Source: Botryllus schlosseri
Lineage: Eukaryota
Length of the DNA: 64,000 bases
Assembly (NCBI GenBank): GCA_051294905.1
Contig: CM119371.1
Span: 1,860,001-1,924,000, forward strand
Direction: 5' to 3'
Notes under the pieces: model-generated
Databases searched by the model: none
What the model was told of the DNA's origin: nothing
Seen by the model: only the letters and a program-made list of their open reading frames with translations
In this document: in pieces, positions 50,628 to 61,360 of the stretch
Numbering within the stretch: position 1 is the stretch's first letter
How the letters are laid out: every line of letters begins with the position of its first letter
Program-made: the position numbers and the translations under genes

Positions 50628-51194
50628 CAGGGTTGTAACCGAGTCACAAGGCTCAGAATCACAAGTCAATCTCACTTTTATAGTTTTGACTCGAGTCAAG
50701 TCGACTCATTTCAATTCACCACCGAGTCAAGTCCGAGTCCAAGTCAGCGAGCAGAGTGCCGAGTCCGAGTCATGGAATTATGACTCGAGTCCTAGTCCAA
50801 GTCATTGTGTTGACTGCTCAGTTTCCAGTTGAAGTCTTGGTAAACCCACTTTTTATAGCTCTGTTTGGTGATATCGAAAGGTTCGCATTTATAATATGCC
50901 AATTTTCGTCACTTTCAGCAGTTTATGGTCGCATTTTGAAGTACCAGTACCAACAGACGAAATCCCAATAGTGTGCTGGGTTCAGAATTACAATGAAATG
51001 TCGGTCTTGGCTTGGTTAGTCTCGAGTCAATGACTTGGTTCGAGTCATGCGCAATGACTCGAGTCCAAGTCGAGTCAGTACACAGAATGACTCGAGTCGA
51101 GTCGAGTCATTTCAGTATTTTGAATAAATGACACGAGTCAAGTCGAGTCATCAGAAAATCGTGAGTCGAGTCGGACTCGAGTCATTACAACTCT
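50628..51194. mobile_element. GACTC-rich MITE in inverted orientation
   Basis: Reverse complement of 3316-3823; termini CAGGGTTGTAA and TTACAACTCT. Confidence 0.8.
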
Positions 51195-52388
51195 TCGACA
51201 GAAACGCTGCCAAACAAATTTGGTCAATTCCAACCAATGGAAGCGGAGTTATTGTAGTCGAAAAATTAGGATATGAAAAAATTAATAACCTGCCCACCGT
51301 GAATACGACAACAATTATTCATATCCAAATTTCCGACTGCAATAACTCTGCTTCCACTGGTTGGAATTGAGCTAAATGTAGGATTGATGTTGAAACTTCT
51401 CAAAGCTTCAAAAGCGTGTTCGACTTTTCATGCTTGAAATCTATGAATGCGTATCAGAGCTATCTTCGAACTTCTAATATTTACGCAGGGATTTATCAGA
51501 TCTCGTATCACTCGAGATTCAGTGATAACTACACCGCGTCGATATTTGTATTGGAACAGGAGAAGTTGCTGAAATAGGATGGCATCATTTTATCAAAGAA
51601 CTCATAGAGTAAACATGTTAGCCGATTCCAAAGAAGAGCAACACATTCGACTCCGCTGTTTTGGACAGTGTTGTTCTGCTCCCTTTTGGCCTAATTAAGT
51701 CGAGACACTGCTTTGTTCAAGTTAACCGGAAATTTAATTGCTCCTTCATGGCTGTGCATTACTGTATTAGGACTGTTCAAGAATAAGCTTTTTTCTGGAT
51801 TCCAGCCATTCGGTGAATAAATAGTCAGGTTACCCTAAAAAACGCTGCACACCAAATTTGGTTCAATTCTGACAAGTATAAGGCTCCGCAGATCCAATTA
51901 AAATTTTCAATTTGCTAGGGAAGATATAAAAAAACAATCAAGGATAATAATCAGAGAATTATCAACGAAAAACTCGAATAACTCCTCTTATACTAGTTGG
52001 AATTGACTAAAATTTGGTTTGCATCGTTTTTGAAGACAGCTCAACAATATCATGGGGTTGACAGTCAAAATTTGAATTTTTCCCCAATTTGACCTAATAA
52101 ATTAAATATTTGAATCTAATTTTGAAAAATTGTGTAGCTTTAACTGTGATTCTGATCTAATTTGAAAAAAAAACAGTCTAATTATAATTCTAAATGTAGT
52201 ACAATTTGTACAAAAAAAACGGTAGCTTTCAGCTATCATTCTAATTCCAATCTAATTTGAATTTGAAAATGATCTAGTTGTCCCAATCTGGCTGCGAAAA
52301 CCCAGTTATCGTGTGAATCCCGGTTAGAAACCCCTGCTGCAAGTTAGCTTGATTAGAAAGTATGCTAATAGTTGTGGTTATGACATAC

Positions 52389-53585
52389 CTTCAGCTTTTG
52401 ACACTTCTAGTAAGATTGTCAGCACATAATCGAGTTGTACGTCTGCATTTTTCAGTTTGGCCCGATTTGCATTTTCAATCTTCACACGTTTCTTCCATTC
52501 TGTTGCGTTGAGACCTTCAGGGCCTTGCGTTTCTGCACGGAAAAATCACAGGTGGTCATGTAGTCTGCATCGCACTTTTCTACAAGTGTTAATCGGTGGT
52601 GGCTACCTAGCTTCACGCTGGGTTGCTATGACTCGATTTACCGGTTACTCAACTTGACTCGAGTAATTTTTTAAATGACTCTACTCGAATAAAGTGATGT
52701 GTTGAATCAACTTGGCTCGAGAAATTTCTTCAATAGACTTGACTTTAGGATTACCATATTCTGGAATCGGGAAAGGGGGACACTTTTTCAAAATATTTAA
52801 ACTTGGAGAAGTCAAAATTATGTCAAAATCGTAGCGTTAGGCCAAAAATTGTCTGAATTGTTTACAAAGTAATAACTTTTTTGCAACCTGCGTTTCGTTC
52901 ATTTTGTATATTTTGCAGTGTCTGTGAACTTGTCATTTGACATTTCACCGCTTGCAGCCTACTTTATAGGGCTGCAGTTGTAGACGGCCCATGGTCTGCT
53001 TATTGTGAATCGTAAACATTCAAATGAAACAAATAGGTCAACATGGTGCTCAACGTACCGCAATATCCCAACTGAAGCTACACTGCGTGGACATTGCAAG
53101 GTCCTTATATCAAGAAGTGTTGTGCTACTAAACATTTTAATTATCTCTACCATAATCTGTGGTGTAACTTCTGCAATTCTACATAGGGACAGATTTTCTC
53201 AAAATAAAGTTAGAAAAATTTTCAGTTATCGATGCAAAAAAGTTTTTTTTCAGGCCATACCACTTCGCAATGAAAGACAGTTCCAACCGGAAATGAAGAC
53301 ATTTCTAACGTTATGTGGGAAAACACCTCATTTGTATACATTATTTTTTTAAATCGGTCAAAAATGTCAAAATATTGATATTTACGTCAAAATCGTTCAT
53401 TTTTAGGTTAAAAATAAGCCTAGTCAAAACCATACACGTCATCAAATTCTCCGTTGGGATTGCCAGCATTCTGATTGCATTTGCATTTTCCTTACCATTC
53501 AGTGAGTCGATACAATTTGAAACTTTGTCGAAGGTGAGGTCTTGAATCGGACGAGAGCACATCGCTTGGGCATGCCAATGGCGAT
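52389..53585 (-). pseudogene. SAM-like/CARD-like cassette 4: exon A 53585-53496 and exon C 52532-52389 both open, exon B deleted (may still be expressed)
   Basis: Exon A is 90 nt (MCSRPIQDLTFDKVSNCIDSLN); exon C is 144 nt (EWKKRVKIENANRAKLKNADVQLDYVLTILLEVSKAE). Both are phase 1-1 with canonical AG/GT sites. Confidence 0.6.
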
Positions 53586-54238
53586 CTGAATAGAAGATGT
53601 CATAAATGTGACAGCAACGTATTGAATTTGAAACATATGAATACAAGCAGGAAAATAATGTTCACGCATCTGAGATCTTATGATCATACATACAACACAC
53701 TTGATATCAAAAAGAAACCATCAAGTTTCGCATTAAATTCAAATTTCTGATTTTTATTTATTTATTTGACATTTTTGATATTTGGTATCGCCATGACCCG
53801 AAATATCCATCACTGTTTCAATTCAATAGTGAAAATCGCCTAATAGTTTTATGGTCTTGTTCTACGTTCACTTTAGTTACAGCAAGTAGTAGAGTTGGAC
53901 AGATATCGACCTAGCCGATGATCGAGGCCAATGTTTGGAACATCGCTCCGAGTTCTCAGTCTCAGGAAATCGACGACACAAAGGGGGCTGCGTGACAGAT
54001 TGCCCTTGCAGGACAAGTTGAACTGGGTGAGCATGCAGTGAAACTATGCTTCCCGCATCACAGCCTACCTCTACTGGACTGATCTGTGATTCTGCATCAT
54101 CTTTTGCTCTTTGGGATATCCCACATTTCAATGAATGTGCACAATTAAGCAATAATTGTTTTCTAGTTTATTGATCAGCTTTCTGTGGCATGAACAAGAG
54201 ACAACTACCCTAATCGAACAGAACAGAATAGATCAGAA

Positions 54239-54835
54239 GGGCTGTTAGAAAAAATCTTTTTTTTTTCTTAATCTTGTTGGCTGCATCATTAAATCATTAG
54301 TTTGGCTCAAAAAACGATGCACACGAAATTGGAATTCATTCCAACCGATAAGCGCGGACTTTGTACAGTTTGAAAATTTTGAATATACCCCAAAATGCAA
54401 AAAAAAATTCAAATTTTTTGTCACCCCAAGAAATTGTTACGCTGTCTTCAAAAACGATCCAAAACAAATTTGACTCAATTCCAACCAGTAAAAGCGGCGA
54501 CATTTGAGTTTTTCTTTGATAATTCTGGGATTATCCTTGATCGGTGGATAATCCAAGAATTATCAACGAAAAACTCGAATAACTCTGCTTCTACTAGTTG
54601 GAATCGAGTCAAATTTGTTTTGGATCGTTTTTGAAGACAGCGCAACAATTTCCCGAGGTTGACAGAAAAATTTGAAAATAATTTTTTATGGCATTTTTAG
54701 GTAAATTCTGAATTTTCAAACTGTACGAATTCCGTCCTTACCGGTTGGAATGAATTCATCGATTTTTTAAGGCAACCTAATGATTTAATCACGTAGCTAA
54801 CAAGGTTCAGGAAAAAAAGTTTTTTTGAACAGCCC
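54239..54835. mobile_element. Foldback MITE, about 600-bp palindrome
   Basis: Arms pair around GATTATCC...GGATAATC near 54545; termini GGGCTGTT / AACAGCCC. Confidence 0.85.
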
Positions 54836-55498
54836 TACTGCACAGCCTGTCGTAGTGGTCTGGCGGAAGAGATGGACATGGCCTATTTTGCACCATTCAC
54901 CCATGATTCAGCAACTACATGATACTGCACTATAGTTGTTCCAGACGCAGATGGATAGCTTTGCACAGCATAGAGGCCACTAGAGTGGAACATGGCGTTA
55001 CTAAAAAATCATGACTTTGCAGTTCCAATACAGCAGTTTTCTGAAGAAATTAGCTACGCTCAAAAAAATTCGTGATTTTATCTTTAATTTGATATCATTT
55101 CATTTTTGGAGCGAAGTGACCCTTGAAAACAATAATTTTTGAATATTTTTGTACAACAACATTTTTCAACAACTGATGCTTCAGCAATACCTAAACATGT
55201 TTTACATATTGGAAAACAAAATGCATGTAAAAGCTGGTTTTATTTTCGTTTTAATTGGGATCACCTCTAAAGAGGTTGCCGACCGCAAACTTTGACAACT
55301 CTATAATTCCAGTTGCCTAATTTCACTAAATTAGATAGAAATGCCAGTAATCTAACTCTTATCTAATTTTGAAAAGTCCAAGATTTTCTAGTTTTTCAAG
55401 TTTAGGCGACCGGTGGTCTAGAGTAGGTTGGCCGTACAATACTGACGATTTTTTTGCTGAATATTAGACCGCACATACCTGGTCTTAAGAGACCTTAC

Positions 55499-55601
55499 CT
55501 GCCGAGATACAAATCCCTCTTGCTATCATTCTCATTCCTTCATTTCTTTGTCTGCTCACAGCTTGATCAACCCGAATCTCATTCCCTTCCAGGCTGTTGC
55601 C
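55499..55601 (-). pseudogene. Isolated exon resembling an RRM C-terminus (GNSLEGNEIRVDQA)
   Basis: Acceptor CTGCAG, donor G|GTAAGG, open 103 nt; the rest of the gene was not reconstructed. Confidence 0.3.
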
Positions 55602-58532
55602 CTGCAGCGGTAGTCATGAAGTCACACATATGTTGACAGACAGATTTGTACAAACTATCATCCACTTAGTGGGTGATCAACTAACCACTGATTATTTAGT
55701 AGTTCTGGTTCTAGTTTCGGAAAGTGGAGAGTTTCAGTTGCGCGTTTCAGACAATAATTTGTGGTACAATGATTTGCGTACCGGTACTCAAGTTTGACTC
55801 AAGTACCGTAACTGTAATGATTCGAGTCGATCAGTGAAAGACGATTTTTTGGACTAATGAAACTTTACGCCCATTTCCATCGAGAAGTTATAATTGCATC
55901 ATTTTTCCGAAACATCGATTAGTTGTATCCCAACATACGAAACATATTGTACAAAGCTATGCACGTTAGCGTCAATGACATTTCTGTGTAGCTGTGATCG
56001 CAAAGCCGAATGAAGTATTTTCAAAAAATACCAAATCATCATCATGTGGTGGCATTATGTTTCGTAGATACATGAAAAGTAGGTTACATATTCAAGCTTT
56101 TGGGTCTCCCATATACTTATATCGTCATCATGAGTAATTATAATCACATTATCATATATCAAATACTCGACGTGAAGCCTAATTCAGAATAGAATCACTC
56201 ATGCACTATGTATTCACTCATGTAAGTCTAGTAATTACGAGCAAACCTTTTTCCTGCATGATTTTGCCTCCAGCATCATCGTCCATCGGTAATTCCATTT
56301 CAAGTCAACAACACAGTGACCCACTAAGTCTCACATTTTCATGTCATTTTAGGAGTGAATCTGGTATCTAGCACTAAGTGCAGAAAACATGATTTTTTCA
56401 ATATTCATACACTGAAACCATTTTGTGCTCACTCAACGATGAAGTTTAATTACGGTAGTTTCACATTCCCTGTTACAGTACGGTCATAAAACAGCGTATT
56501 GAAGTAGTTAAGAGCTGATGATGGCGTTTAATAACGGAATACACGAAACTCTTGATACTGAAGGGAAAATTTTCAACAAACAAATGGAGTTAGGGGTCAA
56601 TATTAGTCCTAATAGCCTACCCCTTTCAATATCCATCATGCGTGACACAAACTTGGAACATTTTAAGCGCTATTCTGTCTCCATAAAAATTGGAAACAAC
56701 TTGTTATATGAAAGCTGGTTTGGGAGAGAAATGTGACTTACATGTTTTGCCTAATAATATGTAATTGGTAGGCTATTAGACCTAGTCTAAATCAACTTCA
56801 TACATAGATATTTCCGACTCCAATCTGTAATTCAATTTCAGATCAAACAAAAATTAGATTGGGTATCAATAAAGTTTCAGATTTTGCAAATATTTGGATC
56901 AAGACATTATGAAGTATGAGTTGATATGATTGAAAAGCAATTTATTTTAACGGAATACCGGTAGGCCAACATGAGCGTTATCAGGTTATCCCATCAAAAA
57001 AAAGCTTTTTCTGCTTATTTAACCTTGAAATGAAAGTTTTTCAAGCTGATTTGAAACTGTCTGTAAATGAGATACTTTGGCAATAAATAGTTGTTCTTGC
57101 TGTTATATTACATAATATGATTGTTTTTATCATGCAAGAGTTGAGGTAATAATTTAAGTTGCACAGCCCCTAATGTCTCCCTCTCATTTCTGTCTATATC
57201 GTAGGCCTACTTCAAAAGTTTTGTGAAGGTTGTCACATGAATTCTGTTGCAACATGGAGCATATACTTAAGTAATAAGTTAGATGCCAAAATTCTGTAAC
57301 TAGACTATGGAGCATAATTTTCAGCTAAATCATCACATTTTTATAATCTGAAATATTTCTTGTAGTTCAAGTTCGTAAGCAAATATTACATAAAAACTCC
57401 TTTGCTAAAGATTCTATGCGTCAGGTATTATACGACACTATTTACCAAAATATTCAGGCAAACAGAAATGATAGGGAGAGTTATGAAATATTTTTACACG
57501 CAGCGATTTCAATGGGCTTCACCTTCAGCTACATTCTTGGCTGGGCACCAAAGATGAATATTTTCTCACTGGCTTGCTGAATTTATCAATTTATACAACA
57601 TGACAACATTCTCAGGTATAAGTAGCTCATTTATAGAGACACAAGTTCAGATCTGCATAAAAATAGCACTTGGATTTCACGGTTAAATGAGCAGAAAGCT
57701 TGTTTTATCACACGATAACTTGAAAACTTCATTCAAAATGGATACCGGTAGCTCAGCTATAGCATTTTACAAGGTGATGAATCAAATTTCAGCAAAATCT
57801 GCAACTTGATGGAGACCGAATTTCTCTTTGGTTCATTTCACATTGAATTACCTATATACAGCAGTCACAAACAATCCAGTTAGCTGGCTTGATTATGGCT
57901 TAAGGTTGAACTTAATCAAACTTGCAGCATCATTTTACATTCAGTAATTGCATTCTCAAGTGAGACAGGAACGAACGAATGATCGATAGATACTCCATGG
58001 AAACTCGCAAATCATGTTTAATAGAAGCTGTAAGCCAATATGTCATCGGTGTCTCGTATGGACTAAAGACTCTACTGAATACACACAGGTGTGAAGCAAG
58101 ACGCTGAGAACCGTCTTGGCACACCAAACATATTACTCTAAACGTATCAGGATTCCATTTTCGGGCATAAACACTTCTTCCTTGGCGAGAGCGATTTTCA
58201 GAGTCCGGGGTTACCGGTATTGACTATCAAGCCATGTTACCATTTCAAAAGATTTCACATCACACCAAACCTTTCGTAACAAACAGATGCAGCCAGAGGC
58301 CATCACAATTTCGAGTTGGTAACCTGTAACCTCTATTCCTATCGATATACGAAGACTGTACTATTGTATGTGAGCATAGTAGAAGCGCGAAACGGTATGC
58401 CAATAAAGCACTGGCCTACAACTACAATCAATCAACGCTTTACCGAGTAATATAAGTGAATCAGCCTGTACTCTGAAACATATTAGCTATATCTCCAACG
58501 TCCGATCGAATTAAAACTGATATTAGTACACT

Positions 58533-59844
58533 CAGGGCCGAGACCAATTTCTCTACTGAGTAGCGATTCTCTACTCAGCAGCGAATTTTTTACTCAACTC
58601 ACGCCAAAAAGTATACTCACACTCAAATGCGTTCGAATCGGCACTCAAATCTAAGTCAGCGGACCACCAGACTTAAGTGTCAATTTTTGCGGTCGAGCAG
58701 CCAACTGTAGGCATTTTAGGCAACAGTCGCTGCGGGGTTCGCCAAATACCGGACACCGGTACGGTACTCTATTGCTTTCTGCTGAACGGATGAAATCAGT
58801 GTCGCCTGCTCTACCATTTCGGCTTCTTGTACGGTATCTCGATTTACCGGAATGGTAACTTCTGCTGTATGAATTCGTTAGCGTCAAGTTCCGTTGAGTG
58901 AATGAGTGCGCTTTGGTGGATTATTGTTCCATAAAATTTTATTATACATACCGTAAGGCATATGTCAACTGCCATTTGAAATATATAGATACAGAAATGG
59001 CGACAAAGGTTGATCGTCAAGCAAAACCGACAAGTTTTGGGCTGCTGCTAGCGATTGAATTTAACGCTGCCGGCACTTTACGAATGCTCCTCTCACAATT
59101 AAGAGCAGCATTTTGAACCTGAACTGATAGAATTCTTGGTGATATCCGTGTTGGGATGGAGTCACTATACCTTCAGGCCTTTCAAAATTCAGACGAGACT
59201 CCCCGTCAACAGACCAGCAATAAGCTTTTGGAAACAAAAAATGCTGAATATATCAGGGAGAAAATGTAGAGTGGATATGGCAAAGTTTAATGGTAGAGGA
59301 GCTAAGTGATTCGTGCATGGACGATCTACGATTGGAAAGAAATCCTGAAGAAATGTCAACTTTCAATTTATTTACACGATATCGACGCATTTTGTTCTTA
59401 GAGGCCTTCACTTACGTTATTGTGGCCTGTTGTGAAACTTTAACTTGATAGATTTCGAATGGGTTTGTGGCATCTTGCGAATATACTTCTGTGGGGCAAT
59501 GGAACGTTGTGGGTATCTTCAAGGACTTCTAATATTTCTAATGGGCCATCTTCAAAGGGTATTGATAAGGTAAATCAGTGAGATCGACGTATACGTAAGT
59601 AAGTTTTGTGACGAAATAACGAGGAAAGCGTCTCGTTGTCATGACAAAATCGTTCACGCGTGTCTGGTTCAAGGCTAAAAAAATCTGGCAACACAACTTC
59701 GGAAAATGACGCCTGGAAATCGATACTCAACTGAGTTGAGAGAATTGGCGCGCACTCAACGCTGAGTATCGATCGATACTTAGTTGAGTGGAGATACGCA
59801 TTTAAGCATTACTTAGTTGAGGAGAAGAATTGGGCTCCACCCTC
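58533..59844. mobile_element. Diverged TIR element with ACTCA subterminal repeats
   Basis: CAGGGCCGAGACCAATT at the left versus AATTGGGCTCCACCCTC at the right; TSD not convincing. Confidence 0.55.
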
Positions 59845-60249
59845 AATCAGCTGATTTCATTCCATGTTTTGACTCAGAGCCATTCATGCACGTGACATAT
59901 TAGCTCCACCACGCGGAAGAACGAAAGGCGTTAAATCGATAACATCATGCAGTTCGATATTGCATTTCCTTCATAACGGGAACCTATTTGGTTTTGTCAT
60001 CTCTCCTAATTTTATTCTCCTGTACATGTCGTTATCATCGGATAAGTCGATAAAGCGCACACTCGAATAGGGTACGTATTATAAGCATTTAAAATAACTA
60101 TATTGCTAGAAAAGTTAGGAGCCATCGATGCATGACGTCCTTGGAAGCCAAGGAGACCGCTTGCCTAGTAACCACTGTATATATCGTTTTGCACTTGCCC
60201 TAAGCCGGGGGCGGGCAACTTGTCCGGTCAGTGAGCCGCATATGGGAAA

Positions 60250-60690
60250 ATTAGGCACTTGGCGGGCCAGATTACAGAATATATACAATTATATATTATA
60301 CCTTAATCGCGTATTTATCCACCGCTACAAGGAATCAATTGTGTTTAATACCAGCTATCCGACAGTCGTCGAGCATGTCCGCATTCAAGTCGAAATACAA
60401 GCAATTTCTCCTAAATCAATACTAGCCAGTCTTCGGGATTACCGGACCACGACCTAACATCGACCTCGCCCTTCGCCACATGCCACCTCATTTTGTCGCT
60501 TGCGTCTTATATTCTCTGCATTACTTTTCAGTCAGTATGTCCATTCCTCTTATTTACTTCGCCTAGGCTAAGGTTGGTGTCTGATCTTAATGGCTGCTTC
60601 AAGTTGTTTCGACACCTTCCTATCTTCGCATTGTATCGCAGTCTTGTGATGTTTTAAAACGATGAAAATATTAATAAACCTGATTGATTT
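60250..60690 (+). mobile_element. LINE (CR1/L2-like) 3' end
   Basis: AIRQSSSMSAFKSKYKQFLLNQY* resembles the CR1/L2-type ORF2 C-terminus; about 250-nt UTR ending AATAAACCTGATTGATT. Confidence 0.7.
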
Positions 60691-60859
60691 ATGTAAACTT
60701 CAAGTTTGAAGCATAGAGATCAAAAAGAGTATTTCATGAATCTATTTACAACAGCTATTGAAGTCAATTAGACATCTATGGTCACTCAATACTAGATTTT
60801 TGAACTCTGATTGCATGTCATATGCAAATACCCTTAGTGAAGACTGCTAATGTTCGTGG

Positions 60860-61000
60860 CAGTGTTGGGATTTAGTCACAGCCTTCGAATCACAAGTCAT
60901 CTCGAATCATTGCACATTTTGACTCGAGTCAAGTCAAGTCACTCGATTTTTGGAGGTGACCCGAGTCAAGTCAAGTCAAGTCACGAGTCATTCAAGTTGA
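60860..61000. mobile_element. CAGTGTTGGGA-family GACTC MITE fragment
   Basis: Starts CAGTGTTGGGA, followed by GAGTCAAGTCAAGTCA arrays. Confidence 0.65.
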
Positions 61001-61244
61001 AATTTCAAAGTACTAGATATGATTCAAATTCATTACTAGGGCGATTTTTTTGACACTTCAAAAAAAGTTAAAATTTCACATAATGAGTTTGATTTATTTA
61101 GCTGTTCTTGTGTAAATCACACTAGCATGTAACTATAGCGTGTTGCTCTGTCGTTGGCGCGCGTTCTTCTTGGTCCGCGGCTCGATAAATCAAGGTAGAC
61201 AAGTCAGCATTGCTCTTTTAATAAAACAACTAAAACATGACGAT

Positions 61245-61360
61245 GCTCGTCCGACGGAGACTAACAGACGACTGCCTCGGACGGTGACTAAAAGCGAATG
61301 CACCTCCGACAGTGACTAAAGGCCGACTGAGCCTCGGACGGTGACAAAATGCGACTGCAC
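61245..61360. repeat. Four tandem units of about 28 bp
   Basis: CCTC(G/C)GAC(G/A)GTGAC(T/A)AA...GACTG repeated. Confidence 0.7.
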
